Source of the DNA: Candidatus Ozemobacteraceae bacterium
Lineage (GTDB): Bacteria > Muiribacteriota > Ozemobacteria > Ozemobacterales > Ozemobacteraceae
Assembly: GCA_965140445.1 (NCBI GenBank)
Contig: OZ223236.1
Span: 3,552,001-3,616,000 of the forward strand
Direction of reading: 5' to 3'
Length of the DNA: 64,000 bases
Position numbers and translations under genes: made by a program. Positions 1-11,523 of this stretch are shown here, in pieces. Each line of letters starts with the position of its first letter. The first letter of the stretch is position 1. The notes below the pieces were generated by a model. The model ran no database searches and had not been told where the DNA came from. It saw only the letters and a program-made list of their open reading frames with translations.

Positions 1-2811
1 AATATCGTCTGTACAATATAGGCCAGCTTCAACTTTAATATTCTGACCGCCAACATTGATGGTCAAAACTTTACCAGTTACAGGATGTACAATTGGTTTA
101 GCAAGTATACGTCCAGCTATTCTATAGCGTATTGGAACAACGATATCATCAATCATGATATTGTTTGAAGTTCTGTTCTGGCGAATTGGAGAAACCTCTA
201 CGCCAAGTTCTGAACCACAATCATGGTTTGTAATAACAACGTCCTGAGCAACATCAACAAGTCTTCTGGTTAGATATCCAGAGTCAGCAGTACGAAGAGC
301 AGTATCAACAAGACCTTTTCTCGCACCGTATGTTGAGATGAAGTATTCAGACTGATTCAAACCTTCACGGAAATTTGACTTAATCGGGAAAGCAAGAATG
401 TCACCGCGTGGATTCGACATTAGACCGCGCATTGCAGCCAACTGTCTTATCTGTTGCATGTTACCTCTCGCTCCAGAGAACGCCATCATATAAACCGGAT
501 TGAACTCACCCAAATGGGCAGTTGATTCAAACTCCTGGAGCAAATCATCTGTAACGTCTTCAGTAGCTTTCGTCCAGATGTTTACTTCATTCTGTTTTCT
601 TTCATCACGGCTGATTTCGCCTCTTTCCCATCTATCTCTAACCTTGGCAACTTTTCTATCAGCTGCTTCAAGGATTTCGCGCTTCTTCGGTGGGTCAACC
701 ATATCTACAATTGAAATGGTCAGACCGGAGAATGTTGCGAACTTAAATCCTAGTGCTTTAAGCTTATCAAGAGCTTCGCCTACCACGGTAAGATTATATT
801 CTGTAAAGAGTCTCTTAATCAGGTTTGAAACGTTTCCTTTTTTAACCTGGAGATTCTGGAATGGGAAATCTTCCGGAAGATTATCATTGAAAATAACTCT
901 TCCAATGGTAGTTCTCATGTAACTGTCTTTAACAGTCTTTTCTCTGTCATCGTCTTCACGTTTTTCAGAAACGAAAGAGTCATTTCTAAGATAAACAGGC
1001 CATTGAAGATTAAAGCTACCAGTTTCAAATGCATTCACGGCTTCGCCGAGGCTTTTGAAAATTGGAGATCTATAAACAATGATTGATTCAACTTTTTCTT
1101 TATCCAATAAATCCACAGTTTCGCTTGAATCAAAAACGGTATTTATTGGTAAGGCATCGCTGATTTCTTCTGCAAGCTTGAAGTTATATGGACGGCCATC
1201 TGTTAAGAGATAATCTGCCCACTTCTTTCCTTTTGCCAATTCAATTTCAGCAACTGGATAATCTTCACCTTCAGGTTTTTCGATTGTGAGATAGAACAAG
1301 CCGATAGTCATATCCTGAGAAGGACTTGAAACCGGTCTGCCATCTGCTGGCTTAAGAATGTTGTTGCTTGAAAGCATTAACATTCTAGCTTCAATCTGAG
1401 CATCAAGCATAAGAGGAACGTGAACCGCCATCTGATCGCCGTCAAAGTCAGCATTGTATGCCGCACAGACGAGAGGATGAATCTGAATCGCTTTTCCTTC
1501 GATAAGCACAGGTTCAAACGCCTGAATACCAAGTCTATGAAGCGTAGGCGCACGGTTTAGAAGAATAGGATGATGTCTGATGACTTCCTCGAGGATATCC
1601 CATACTTCTGGTTTTTCACGCTCGATCATTTTCTTGGCGCTCTTAATGTTAGGAGCTATGTTCTTCTGCTGCAGTTTGTGCATTACAAAAGGCTTAAATA
1701 GTTCCAGGGCCATTTTCTTTGGCAAACCAGCCTGATGAAGCTTCAAAGTTGGACCAACAACGATAACAGAACGTCCAGAATAATCAACACGTTTACCGAG
1801 TAGATTCTGTCTGAAACGACCCTGTTTACCTTTAAGCATGTCAGTCAAAGATTTTAGAGGTCTATTATTTGGACCAGTTACAAGCTTGCCTCTTCTTCCG
1901 TTATCAATCAATGCATTAACGGCTTCTTGAAGCATACGTTTCTCATTTTTAATAATGATATCAGGAGCCTGTAATTTAATAAGTCTCTTAAGTCGGTTAT
2001 TTCTGTTAATAACTCTTCTATAGAGGTCATTCAAATCAGAGGTTGCAAATCTACCACCATCTAACTGTACCATCGGTCTCAAATCTGGTGGGATTACTGG
2101 AATAACATCAAGGATCATCCATTCTGGGCGAGAAACAGATCTTGCATACATTTTAACAAGTTCCATTCTCTTAAGAAGGTGAGTTCTTTTTGTTCCAGTT
2201 GCGGTTTTCAACTGTTCAGCCAATTCTTTTTCAAGTTTTGGCAGATCAATTTCTGCAAGCAATTCTCTAATAGCTTCAGCACCCATTTTAGCTGTGAACA
2301 TGTCACCGTATTTCTCACGAAGTTCACGGTAACCCATTTCACCAGCAGCGCCTTCTTCTGGAAGAAGTTGCTTTTTAGAAAGTGGGAGATTTCCAGGATC
2401 AATAACGATGTAGCTCTGGAAATAAAGAACCTTTTCAAGGTCTCTAGCTGAAATATCAAGTAAAAGGGCTATATAATTCGGGCTTCCTTTTGAATACCAA
2501 ATGTGTCCAACAGGAGTAACCAGCTGAATGTGGCCCATTCTTTCTCTTCTAACAGCAGCTTTGGTTATTTCAACATTACATCTTTCACAAATAATGCCTC
2601 TATAACGAATGCTTTTGTATTTACCGCAAAAACACTCCCAGTCTTTTTGTGGTCCGAAGATTCTTTCGCAGAAAAGTCCATCCCGTTCCGGTTTATGGGT
2701 TCGGTAGTTGATGGTTTCCGGCTTTTTAACCTCACCGTATGACCAAGACCTGATTTTTTCGGGCGAGGCAATGCTTATTTGAATCGCATCAAATTTGTCC
2801 ATATCTAACAT
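1..2811 (-). CDS. rpoC: DNA-directed RNA polymerase subunit beta' (5' part; runs off the left edge)
   Basis: Not in the ORF track because it is truncated. Manual translation from the ATG at 2811 gives [38 protein letters not shown]..., the Zn-finger CFCGKYK...[17 protein letters not shown], the catalytic NADFDGD and [34 protein letters not shown] lies upstream and the gene directly follows rpoB. Confidence 0.98.
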   Translation of the reverse strand, partial: MLDMDKFDAIQISIASPEKIRSWSYGEVKKPETINYRTHKPERDGLFCERIFGPQKDWECFCGKYKSIRYRGIICERCNVEITKAAVRRERMGHIQLVTPVGHIWYSKGSPNYIALLLDISARDLEKVLYFQSYIVIDPGNLPLSKKQLLPEEGAAGEMGYRELREKYGDMFTAKMGAEAIRELLAEIDLPKLEKELAEQLKTATGTKRTHLLKRMELVKMYARSVSRPEWMILDVIPVIPPDLRPMVQLDGGRFATSDLNDLYRRVINRNNRLKRLIKLQAPDIIIKNEKRMLQEAVNALIDNGRRGKLVTGPNNRPLKSLTDMLKGKQGRFRQNLLGKRVDYSGRSVIVVGPTLKLHQAGLPKKMALELFKPFVMHKLQQKNIAPNIKSAKKMIEREKPEVWDILEEVIRHHPILLNRAPTLHRLGIQAFEPVLIEGKAIQIHPLVCAAYNADFDGDQMAVHVPLMLDAQIEARMLMLSSNNILKPADGRPVSSPSQDMTIGLFYLTIEKPEGEDYPVAEIELAKGKKWADYLLTDGRPYNFKLAEEISDALPINTVFDSSETVDLLDKEKVESIIVYRSPIFKSLGEAVNAFETGSFNLQWPVYLRNDSFVSEKREDDDREKTVKDSYMRTTIGRVIFNDNLPEDFPFQNLQVKKGNVSNLIKRLFTEYNLTVVGEALDKLKALGFKFATFSGLTISIVDMVDPPKKREILEAADRKVAKVRDRWERGEISRDERKQNEVNIWTKATEDVTDDLLQEFESTAHLGEFNPVYMMAFSGARGNMQQIRQLAAMRGLMSNPRGDILAFPIKSNFREGLNQSEYFISTYGARKGLVDTALRTADSGYLTRRLVDVAQDVVITNHDCGSELGVEVSPIRQNRTSNNIMIDDIVVPIRYRIAGRILAKPIVHPVTGKVLTINVGGQNIKVEAGLYCTDDI

Positions 2812-2853
2812 GTTTGATGTCTCCTTCCTATTTCGCTGATACCGGAAATGGCA

Positions 2854-5800
2854 CTAATCTTCATCGCCATCTTCACTGGTAAATTCTGCAGACAGCAGAT
2901 CTTCTTCGCTGTCAGATGAGTCTTCAGTCCAAATTTCTTCATCTTCATCATCTTCTTCATCTACATCGATGTTGCTCTTAGCAAGTAGACTTTCATCTTC
3001 TTTTATAATGCTAACTTCTTTAGCATCCTTTTTAAGATCAACCTGTAGTCCAAGACTCTGAAGTTCAGAAACAACAACCTTAAATGATTCAGGAATGCCT
3101 GGCTTCATTATGGTTTTGCCCTTAATAATGGTTTCATAAACCTGAACACGACCTTCAACGTCATCCGACTTAACAGTCAGGATTTCCTGAAGAACATGAG
3201 CGGCACCATATGCTTCAAGGGCCCAAACTTCCATTTCTCCAAATCTCTGTCCACCAAACTGAGCCTTACCTCCGAGTGGCTGCTGAGTAACAAGACTGTA
3301 AGGTCCTGTGGAGCGGGCATGCATCTTGTCATCAACAAGATGGGCAAGCTTAAGAATGTAAATTATGCCAACCATAATTTTCTTATCAAAAGGTTCGCCA
3401 GTTCTGCCATCATAGAGAGTTGCTTTTCCTTCAAGGTCAACAAGTTTAAGAGGATCTTTGTCATAAGTCTCTTTGAGCTGTTTCATAACAAAGTCTTCAT
3501 TCTTGATATCACGGCCATTATTGAAAATTGAAGTGCAATATCTGCGAGCCTGCTTTTCAGCGGCCCAACCGAGATGAGTTTCAAGAACCTGTCCAACGTT
3601 CATACGAGAAGGAACACCAAGTGGATTCAGAATAATATCGATTGATCTACCATCAGCAAGGTAAGGCATATCTTCAACAGAAACGATTCTGGAAATAACA
3701 CCCTTGTTACCATGACGACCAGCCATTTTATCACCGACTGTGATCTTTCTTTTCTGAGCAACAAAAACACGAACGAGCTTGTTTACGCCATATTGAAGTT
3801 CATCTCCGTTATCTCTGGAGAAAACCATAACGTCAACAACCTTACCTTTTTCACCATGTGGAACAGTAAGAGAGGTATTTCTAACTTCACGTGCTTTTTC
3901 ACCAAAAATGGCTCTAAGAAGTTTGTCTTCAGCGGTAAGTTCAGTTTCTCCCTTTGGAGTTACCTTACCAACAAGAATATCGCCAGATTCAACTTCAGCA
4001 CCAATTCTAATGATTCCGTTTTCATCAAGATTTTTAAGAGCTTCTTCACCAACGTTTGGAATATCTCTTGTAATCTCTTCAGGTCCTAATTTGGTGTCTC
4101 TAGCATCAATTTCGTATTCTTCAATATGAATAGAAGTGAATACGTCATCTTTAACCAATCTGTCGGAGAGAATGATCGCATCCTCAAAGTTGTAGCCTTC
4201 CCATGGCATGAAAGCAACTAATACGTTTCTTCCAAGTGAGAGGTCACCTTGAGAGGTAGATGGACCATCTGCAAGAACAGTTCCTGGTTTTACTTTGTCA
4301 CCCAAATTAACAATAACCTTCTGGTTAATGCATGTTCCCTGGTTTGAGCGCATAAATTTTTGCAGTTTGTAAACATCGATAGATTCCTGTTGAAGTCTAA
4401 TTTCGTTACAAATTGCTTTAATTTTGCTTAAATAAGTAATATCAAGAGTCTGACCAGCTTCAATAATGATTTCGCCAGTAAGCTCATCAACTATTGTATC
4501 CATAACCTTACGGCCCTGGAATTTTCTGAAAGCAGGTTCAGCTACAGGAATTTTCTCATCGTCTTTACGTCGGCTGGCACGTTTAATTTTTACGCATTCA
4601 GCATCAACATAAACTACAGTACCACTACTTCTTGAAAGAAGAACCGCACCAGAGTCATGAGCTGCGATTGATTCAAGACCAGTTCCTACCAGAGGAGGCT
4701 CAGTTTGAATTAATGGAACAGCCTGACGTTGCATGTTCGTTCCCATCAAAGCACGGTTCGCATCATCGTGCTCGAGGAAAGGAATTAGAGCTGACGCAAC
4801 ACTAACCATCTGAAGTGGGCTGAATTTAATATATTCAACTTCACTTATTGGAAGATAATCAAATTCGTAATCATCGCTGAAATATTTTGCAGGAACAGCT
4901 GCATCGGAAATAAATCCGTCATCTGAAATTGCGGTATCAGGCTGAGCTACTTTGTATCTATCTTCATCATAAGCATCTTTATATTCCATATTGCGGAAGT
5001 TGATTTTTCCATTGGTTTGATCAACTTTGCAAAGTGGTGTAGTTAAGAAACCATAATCATCAACCTTGGCGTAAACAGCCAAGCTCGCGATTAGACCTGC
5101 GTTTGGACCTTCAGGCGTTTCAATTGGGCAAATTCTTCCGTCGTGAGTAGGATGAACGTCACGAACTTCGAAACCAGCTCTTTCTCTTTTCAATCCACCA
5201 GGCCCTAATGCTGAAAGTCTTCTCTTATGAGTTAACTCTGCAAGTGGGTTTGTCTGATCCATAAACTGTGAAAGCTGAGAACTACCAAAGAATTCATCAA
5301 CAACAGCCGAAACAGGTCTGGTATTAATAAGAAGCTGAGGAGTATAACTATCCAAATCATGAATAGTCATTCTTTCCTTAATAACTCTTTCCATTCGAGA
5401 AAGTGAAATTCTGAACTGGTTTTGTAGCAATTCGCCACATCTTCTAATTCTTCTGTTAGAAAGGTGATCAATATCATCGATTCTTCCAACGCCGTTTGAA
5501 AGATCAATTAAATATCTGATTACGCCAATAACATCTTCGATGCAAAGAACTCTATCTTTTTGAACTTTAACTTCTTCAATTCCAAGTTCTTTAATTCTAG
5601 CTACTGTTTCTTCGAAAAATTCTTCGCCCTGTTCTACAACGATTTCACCAGTATTTGAATCATAAACAGTTTCAAATGCTGTTCTACCAAGAAGATCTAC
5701 AATACCTTTTTCAACTTCTTCAAGATTAATTCTTGCATAAGCTGGGTTAAACATAATGCGGTATCCGCGATTATCTTCTCCAACTTTAATGAAAGAAGGA

Positions 5801-6933
5801 ACCTGAAGAGATTCAAGCATTGAAGCGTTATCTTTTGAAATTTTACAATTTGCAGGAACAAGAACTTCACCAGAAGCTGGATTGACAACATCTTTAAATG
5901 CGATCTGATCAGATAAACGATCAATAAGTCTTAGCTTTTTGTCAACCTTATAGCGGCCTACATCACCAAGGTCATATTTCTTCGAATCGAAGAAAAGACT
6001 GCGAATCAAAGCTCTGGCATTTTCTTCAACAAAGAGATCGCCCTGACGAAGTTTGCTAAAAATAGCTTTCAATGAATCTGTAACGGCTTTAGAAACCTTA
6101 TCTGGACCCTCAGCAACGCTAACAGCTTGTTTATCAAACTTAAGGGAGCTAACAATAGTTTCATTATCGTTAAATAGTTCAAGAATTTTTTCATCATCAG
6201 CATAACCAAGTGCTCTTAGGAACGTAGTTATTGGAATTTTTCTTTTACGATCTAATCGAACAAAAACAGCGTCCTTCATTAAATCCAGTTCAAATTCCAT
6301 CCAAGCTCCGCGATAAGGAACGATCTTGGCAGAATACATTTTCTTTGCTCTGTTAAAACTGAAATAAACTCCAGGAGAGCGATGAAGCTGACTAACAACA
6401 ACCCTTTCTGCACCGTTAATAATGAAGGTTCCGCGTTCTGTCATACATGGGAGGTTAACAAGGAAAATTTCCTGTTCTTTAACTTCGCCTGTCTGCTGCA
6501 TAATCAACTGCACTCTGATATTAAGTGGAATTGAATACGTCAAGTCGCGTTTACGACATTGATCAGGGCTGTGTTTCACTCTGAATGGTGTTTCGCCGAC
6601 AAATGCGATTTCACAATCTTTTTCGTGAAAACTACAATCATCGAATAAGCACTTTTTCCTCAATTTTGTTTGAGGACAATTCTTACACATTGGGAGTCCA
6701 AGGCTGTAATCATTAAATTCTAGACAAAGATTTCCGACGTAATCCTGTATAGGGAATACCTCTCGAAATACTTCCTCTAATCCGTGCTTATCTCTTTTTC
6801 CTGGATCTCTACCGGCTTGCAAAAACCATTCGAAGGATTTCAGCTGGATGTCGATAAGATTTGGAATGTTTTCAAACATTCTTTCTTTCGCCATCAGAAA
6901 CTTTTTGGTAACAGGCGTCTGCTTTGCAACCAT
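2854..6933 (-). CDS. rpoB: DNA-directed RNA polymerase subunit beta
   Basis: Motifs [62 protein letters not shown] and [18 protein letters not shown]; acidic C-terminal tail. Confidence 0.99.
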   Translation of the reverse strand: MVAKQTPVTKKFLMAKERMFENIPNLIDIQLKSFEWFLQAGRDPGKRDKHGLEEVFREVFPIQDYVGNLCLEFNDYSLGLPMCKNCPQTKLRKKCLFDDCSFHEKDCEIAFVGETPFRVKHSPDQCRKRDLTYSIPLNIRVQLIMQQTGEVKEQEIFLVNLPCMTERGTFIINGAERVVVSQLHRSPGVYFSFNRAKKMYSAKIVPYRGAWMEFELDLMKDAVFVRLDRKRKIPITTFLRALGYADDEKILELFNDNETIVSSLKFDKQAVSVAEGPDKVSKAVTDSLKAIFSKLRQGDLFVEENARALIRSLFFDSKKYDLGDVGRYKVDKKLRLIDRLSDQIAFKDVVNPASGEVLVPANCKISKDNASMLESLQVPSFIKVGEDNRGYRIMFNPAYARINLEEVEKGIVDLLGRTAFETVYDSNTGEIVVEQGEEFFEETVARIKELGIEEVKVQKDRVLCIEDVIGVIRYLIDLSNGVGRIDDIDHLSNRRIRRCGELLQNQFRISLSRMERVIKERMTIHDLDSYTPQLLINTRPVSAVVDEFFGSSQLSQFMDQTNPLAELTHKRRLSALGPGGLKRERAGFEVRDVHPTHDGRICPIETPEGPNAGLIASLAVYAKVDDYGFLTTPLCKVDQTNGKINFRNMEYKDAYDEDRYKVAQPDTAISDDGFISDAAVPAKYFSDDYEFDYLPISEVEYIKFSPLQMVSVASALIPFLEHDDANRALMGTNMQRQAVPLIQTEPPLVGTGLESIAAHDSGAVLLSRSSGTVVYVDAECVKIKRASRRKDDEKIPVAEPAFRKFQGRKVMDTIVDELTGEIIIEAGQTLDITYLSKIKAICNEIRLQQESIDVYKLQKFMRSNQGTCINQKVIVNLGDKVKPGTVLADGPSTSQGDLSLGRNVLVAFMPWEGYNFEDAIILSDRLVKDDVFTSIHIEEYEIDARDTKLGPEEITRDIPNVGEEALKNLDENGIIRIGAEVESGDILVGKVTPKGETELTAEDKLLRAIFGEKAREVRNTSLTVPHGEKGKVVDVMVFSRDNGDELQYGVNKLVRVFVAQKRKITVGDKMAGRHGNKGVISRIVSVEDMPYLADGRSIDIILNPLGVPSRMNVGQVLETHLGWAAEKQARRYCTSIFNNGRDIKNEDFVMKQLKETYDKDPLKLVDLEGKATLYDGRTGEPFDKKIMVGIIYILKLAHLVDDKMHARSTGPYSLVTQQPLGGKAQFGGQRFGEMEVWALEAYGAAHVLQEILTVKSDDVEGRVQVYETIIKGKTIMKPGIPESFKVVVSELQSLGLQVDLKKDAKEVSIIKEDESLLAKSNIDVDEEDDEDEEIWTEDSSDSEEDLLSAEFTSEDGDED

Positions 6934-6984
6934 ATTCTGCCTTGCTCCTTAATTTAAATACATGTCTTACTTTGAGGATTTAAC

Positions 6985-7030
6985 AAAAAGACAAAATAAA
7001 ATCGGGTTTCGCTTAACAAGGGAAACCCGA
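6985..7030 (-). terminator. Terminator-like hairpin (possible attenuator) in the rpoB 5' leader
   Basis: Minus strand TCGGGTTTC-N11-GAAACCCGA followed by TTTTATTTTGTCTTTTTG. It lies between the predicted promoter and the rpoB start. Confidence 0.6.
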
Positions 7031-7160
7031 ACTTTGTACAGAGAAAATTGATAGAAAAATGTTTTCAGACAATCGATGCTTTTTTTCGATAATATAGATC
7101 AACGTCGGCTTAACTCCGAAAACTAAACAATTTATATACCAATCCGCGAAGTGGTTTCGG

Positions 7161-7189
7161 ATTATAACATCGGTGTTATCTTCAGTCAA
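7161..7189 (-). promoter_or_regulatory. sigma70-type promoter for rpoBC
   Basis: Minus strand TTGACT-17 nt-TATAAT with a TGn extended -10. Confidence 0.8.
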
Positions 7190-7242
7190 GACTTTTTTAA
7201 AAATAATTTAGCAATTATCGTTCCAACTCTGTTAGCAAAAAA

Positions 7243-7272
7243 TTGATAAGAGGACTATTTTTGTAGTATAAT
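7243..7272 (+). promoter_or_regulatory. sigma70-type promoter, probably giving a leaderless mRNA
   Basis: TTGATA-18 nt-TATAAT, with the ATG at 7279 only 6 nt after the -10 and no SD. Confidence 0.6.
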
Positions 7273-7278
7273 CTACCA

Positions 7279-7971
7279 ATGCAAACGAACATTAACATAA
7301 CAAAAGCCTTTCTAGAAACTCCTGATGGCGTTTTATCCATTCATCAAATCTCGAAAAAATTAAAACTTCCTTATGGGACTGCCTACAATAGAGTTCATGC
7401 ACTTGAAAAGCTTGACATCCTACAAATTCTTCCGCAGGGCAAAGCAAAACTTTGCGCCCTAAACCCCGACAATCCAATGACAGGAGCTTTGCTAGCACTG
7501 GGAGCCTCACAAACGACTCACTCCATACTTGGCAATAACAACCCTAATGCATCAATTGCAAGAAAAATTTTAAAAATCATAAAAGAAAATAGCAGCAACA
7601 GCCTCCTGGTTTCAATATTACTTACCCCAGATTCTTTAAAACACTGCTCGGATGTAGGCGAAATCATGTACATAGATAACGATGAATCCAAAGAAATTCC
7701 TTTGGACTTTTTCTTTATAACGACTTCAGGAGAAACTTTTTCAAGCGAAGAAATTGAAAGAAATGTTTCTTCACTGTTTCCCCCTGGACTACCAATAAAA
7801 ACAACAGATATGACCGTTGACAAAGACACATTGCTTGGGATGTTTGGTGAATCCGAAAACGAGGCTGGTCTTTCAGCCTATCAAATGCTTCACGAAGGAA
7901 TAATTTTGACAGGGTTTGAAAATTTTTTCAACATCGTTCTTGAAGCTTTCCCGCGAAGGCTTGGAGCTTAG
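7279..7971 (+). CDS. Winged-HTH protein with a degenerate minimal-nucleotidyltransferase-like C-terminal domain
   Basis: N-terminal SIHQISKKLKLPYGTAYNRVHALEKLDIL...GKAKLCALN is wHTH-like. The C-terminal LDFFFI...GIILTGFENF resembles MNT-fold proteins, but the GSxxxGxxxxxSDxD motif is absent. Confidence 0.55.
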   Translation: MQTNINITKAFLETPDGVLSIHQISKKLKLPYGTAYNRVHALEKLDILQILPQGKAKLCALNPDNPMTGALLALGASQTTHSILGNNNPNASIARKILKIIKENSSNSLLVSILLTPDSLKHCSDVGEIMYIDNDESKEIPLDFFFITTSGETFSSEEIERNVSSLFPPGLPIKTTDMTVDKDTLLGMFGESENEAGLSAYQMLHEGIILTGFENFFNIVLEAFPRRLGA

Positions 7972-7972
7972 A

Positions 7973-8611
7973 ATGAAAAAAACCTTAATCTGCTTATTAT
8001 TGATTTTCCTTTATTCCCAAAGCTTTGCTCAAACGGGTTCTGTTGCCCGCTCTTCTAATTTTGGCGATAAGAAGGAACGATTATCTGAAGTAACTGGCGA
8101 AAACCTGGGAGAAAAAAGAGCTACCAGTCCAGCTGATTCTTTTATTGCAATGGCAAAAAAGTTAATGGCAGAAGGCAAATACGCAGAAGCACTTGAAGCC
8201 CTTAGAACAGCGATAAGAATAGATCCGATGAATATGGAAGCATGGTCTTTATATGACGAAGCAGTAATCCAGGATTACACAAACACCATGCGAAAAAATA
8301 AATTAACGCCGGTTATAACACGTGATATTAAACCACTTTTCTCTATTACAAGAATAGATAGTTATATGGAACTAGACACCCTTTATGTCGTTGGCTCAGT
8401 AAAGAATCTATCCAAAGGCTTGCGACAGAAAATTTCCTTAACAGCAAAAATTCTCGATAAAAACAATAGAGAGCTTCGAGTGGAAACCGGCAACCTCAGA
8501 TTAACTGAGAGAGGTCTATTTCCAAATGAAAGCTCTCTATTTGAGATCCCCTTTAAAAATCCACCAAAAGGCGGACAAACTTACAGGGTAGAAGTTTCAG
8601 ATTACGAATAA
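7973..8611 (+). CDS. Exported protein with a TPR motif and a C-terminal FxLYD-like Ig domain
   Basis: Start re-assigned to the ATG at 7973 (GGAG SD, signal peptide MKKTLICLLLIFLYSQSFA). TPR AKKLMAEGKYAEALEALRTAIRIDP; VVGSVKN...AKILDKN...LFPNESSLFEI pattern. Confidence 0.6.
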   Translation: MKKTLICLLLIFLYSQSFAQTGSVARSSNFGDKKERLSEVTGENLGEKRATSPADSFIAMAKKLMAEGKYAEALEALRTAIRIDPMNMEAWSLYDEAVIQDYTNTMRKNKLTPVITRDIKPLFSITRIDSYMELDTLYVVGSVKNLSKGLRQKISLTAKILDKNNRELRVETGNLRLTERGLFPNESSLFEIPFKNPPKGGQTYRVEVSDYE

Positions 8612-8618
8612 AACAAAA

Positions 8619-8858
8619 TTATTCGTTTGGATCCATTAATCTAACAATTGTATGATGCCCGTCAAAAATTCTTGCGAGATGCACCATCGCTCCTACAAAG
8701 AATACAAAACCGATCCATCTAAGCCATGAATTCTCCATCATGTCTACCAGGTCTTTTTTAAATTCTTTCATTTCCTCTGGAAAAGCAAACATTAAGACAC
8801 CAGTTAAAGCTATAAAAGGAAGGGTAATCATCCAGAATATTTTTCTAAGAAACCACAC
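8619..8858 (-). CDS. Small two-TM membrane protein, hypothetical
   Basis: 79 aa with two hydrophobic helices; fills the gap between flanking genes; GAGGG upstream. Confidence 0.6.
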   Translation of the reverse strand: MWFLRKIFWMITLPFIALTGVLMFAFPEEMKEFKKDLVDMMENSWLRWIGFVFFVGAMVHLARIFDGHHTIVRLMDPNE

Positions 8859-9064
8859 TTTTTAGGCCCTCGCTTAAGTTATTTATGATTAGTGAATCAT
8901 AACAAACAATTATTTCCATTGTAAACTTAGATTTTATTTTTTTTTTTTGTAACTCTTTTTCAAATTTGCGGTATACTCTAAATTCATAGAGAAGACTACA
9001 GATTTGTACCTTATTAGCCGAAGAAAGATATATATTAATTTTAAGAGATATTGAGGCCTTTAAC

Positions 9065-11521
9065 ATGGGTTGGTTTTCAAGAAAGCTTACAGATCCCGAA
9101 GAGGGCTTTGAAAGGCTACTTTCAAAAGACAAAAAGATTTCAGATCGGGCAAAAAAGGACTTTGTTTCAAACCTGAACCTTGGTTTGATAGAATTTTTAT
9201 GCGAAAAATTCGAAGAATCAGAAGAGCTTGAAATTCGAATGAGAATTCTGGAAATATTTGCTGATGCCAGAGATCAGCTTTCAGAAGATGATCTCCGACA
9301 AATATTAACTTTGATTAAATATCCTGATACTGTCCTTAGAGAAACTTTCAAAGAAGTCCTGGTAGGAATAACAGAAGAAAATCTTAAAGCTGTTACCGAA
9401 GTACTTTCCTCAACTATGGACAAGGACATTCATAGAACAATCCAGTATGGTATTGAAAAATCAGGGATTTTAAGTAAGCTTCTGAACAAATGGAAAGACT
9501 ATTCAGTCAAAGAACAGATTCTTTATCTGGAAGAAATTGTAAGACTGCAAAATCCTAAAACTTATCCTATTTTTCTGGATATTTTAAAAGAAGAAGTAAT
9601 TGAAGCCAAAAAAGAAGAAAAAAGAATTATACAGGTCGAGTTTGGCAAGCATGTAGACAAAATTAAGAGCCCTGACTTTCTTGAATTGTGCATTAAAGAG
9701 CTTCCCGCAATTGCACCTGTGATGAGATATCAGGTTTTTAAATGTCTTCAGATGCATGGTGAAATCTTTTTTGAAAAGGTTTTTGATGGACTAGGGAAAA
9801 AAAGTGAAGGCTTTCGACAGCACACACTAAAGCTAATGGAACAACTTTCTGATTACCGCTCTTATCCTTACTTGTTCCCTTTTCTACAAGATACTTACAA
9901 AGCAATCCCACCGATTGTAAGAGACACAATTGGGAAAATAGTAAAAGATTACTGTGAAGAGCTGGATGAAAAACCACCTGCAGAAATAAAATCAGAAGAG
10001 GTTCAAAAAAGAATAAATTTCTTCACCGAGCCATTGGAAAAAAATCTAAACGACCGCTTTTTTCATAGCATAAAACTGTTAACAGAGTGTCTGCTCAGAT
10101 TAGGTCGGCACGAAAACGACATTATACTCCGCAACTTTTCAAAAATCTTTCAGTATAACGAAAGCTATTTAAAAAGCTTTCTTAAAGGTTTAGAAGTTGG
10201 GCCGCGAAAGGATCTTCTGGTTAAGGCCTGCTGTTACAGCCAAACAGATACCGGTAGAACGGCGTTAAAAATTCTCGGCGACCCATCAGAAAATTATATT
10301 ATCGAAACTCTAAATACTCTTTTGCTTGAACATTTCATGGAAGTTCCACAGGAAATTCAGGCAGAAATCATAAATCTTATGATGGAACCAAGACTTCAAA
10401 GGTTTGTTCAGGAAGTTTTGTATCATCAGGATCCTGCCCTAAGGTCCAGAATTTTGTGGATTTTAGGCGAATCTGGATCTCAAAATGCTCTTAACATTTT
10501 AGAAACTAAGTTAAGAGATCCTGACTATTCAGTTAGAGAAAGCATTTTAAAGATTCTGGACATGGATCATTTCAAGAACATTGCTGGTACTGAAATGTTA
10601 ATGAACTTTCTAAAAGATACCGACTCCAGTATTGTCTTAAAAACGATTGAAGAACTAAAGGATCGTGATCATCCAAAAGTCATAGGCAATTTAACAAAGC
10701 TTTTATCAAGCAACAATCCAGAAATAAAAGATGCTGCACATAAAGCAATTGCTTATATTACACGCAGAAAATACATTTCCGGATTCGATAAAATGTCGGA
10801 TGAAACCAAGCTGGCAATAGGAACCTCTTTAATTCGAATGGATCCATCTTTTATGGAAGACATCACCCGAGATCTTTCGGCTTCTGATCAACGTACACGC
10901 GTTAGATCCGCCAAAATTCTTGAGGTTCTTTGTGATTTCATTCCAGTAGAACTAAAAACACACCTTATTGTAGCAATTCAGGATCCAGACCCTCATGTCA
11001 GAGCAGTTGTAATTATGGGTCTTGGAAAAATCGGTGGCCCATCTGTTTCTGGAATGTTAATCGGCTTTCTAAAAGATCAAGACGACAGGGTTAGAGCTAA
11101 CGCAGTTGAAGCTATGGCTGAAGTAGGCGATCTGTCACTCGCAGAAGAAATACTTCCCTGTTTATACGATGAAAACAATAGAGTTCGCGGCAATACAATT
11201 ACAACACTTTGGAAACTTGGCTATTACCAAATTTACGATGCAGTAATTGAAATGCTAAGAAATCCTGATAAATGGATGCGTGCTTCAGCAGCATTCGCTC
11301 TAGGTGAACTTAAAGATACAAGATTCTTTCCTGTTCTTCTACAATGCATGAGAGACCCTGAGCCCGATGTAAGGCGAAACGTAATTAAAGCCCTGGGTAA
11401 AATGGCTAATCCATTTACCCTTGCACCATATATTAGACCTTTGAGATTCGATCCAGACGAAGCTGTAAGAAAAGAAGTTATGGCTATTCTTACAGCAAAA
11501 CCACCTCAACCGAAAAGTTAA
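9065..11521 (+). CDS. Large HEAT-repeat protein
   Basis: Multiple HEAT_2/PBS-like repeats (DPDPHVRAVVIMGLGKIG, DQDDRVRANAVEAMAEVG, DPEPDVRRNVIKALGK). Confidence 0.85.
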   Translation: MGWFSRKLTDPEEGFERLLSKDKKISDRAKKDFVSNLNLGLIEFLCEKFEESEELEIRMRILEIFADARDQLSEDDLRQILTLIKYPDTVLRETFKEVLVGITEENLKAVTEVLSSTMDKDIHRTIQYGIEKSGILSKLLNKWKDYSVKEQILYLEEIVRLQNPKTYPIFLDILKEEVIEAKKEEKRIIQVEFGKHVDKIKSPDFLELCIKELPAIAPVMRYQVFKCLQMHGEIFFEKVFDGLGKKSEGFRQHTLKLMEQLSDYRSYPYLFPFLQDTYKAIPPIVRDTIGKIVKDYCEELDEKPPAEIKSEEVQKRINFFTEPLEKNLNDRFFHSIKLLTECLLRLGRHENDIILRNFSKIFQYNESYLKSFLKGLEVGPRKDLLVKACCYSQTDTGRTALKILGDPSENYIIETLNTLLLEHFMEVPQEIQAEIINLMMEPRLQRFVQEVLYHQDPALRSRILWILGESGSQNALNILETKLRDPDYSVRESILKILDMDHFKNIAGTEMLMNFLKDTDSSIVLKTIEELKDRDHPKVIGNLTKLLSSNNPEIKDAAHKAIAYITRRKYISGFDKMSDETKLAIGTSLIRMDPSFMEDITRDLSASDQRTRVRSAKILEVLCDFIPVELKTHLIVAIQDPDPHVRAVVIMGLGKIGGPSVSGMLIGFLKDQDDRVRANAVEAMAEVGDLSLAEEILPCLYDENNRVRGNTITTLWKLGYYQIYDAVIEMLRNPDKWMRASAAFALGELKDTRFFPVLLQCMRDPEPDVRRNVIKALGKMANPFTLAPYIRPLRFDPDEAVRKEVMAILTAKPPQPKS

Positions 11522-11523
11522 AA

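Noticed and set aside
500..2771. Short ORFs at 500-922, 2179-2451, 2208-2459, 2503-2742 and 2565-2771
   Set aside because: They are antisense or off-frame shadows of rpoC. The same applies to the many short ORFs nested inside other long genes.
5215..5295. Rifampicin-resistance substitutions in RpoB cluster I
   Set aside because: The sequence [25 protein letters not shown] has the sensitive-type residues.
8845..9132. 95-aa minus-strand ORF and the T12 tract at 8937-8948 as a phase-variation switch
   Set aside because: The ORF spans a divergent promoter region and overlaps the HEAT gene start. The tract is not clearly inside a promoter spacer or a real CDS.
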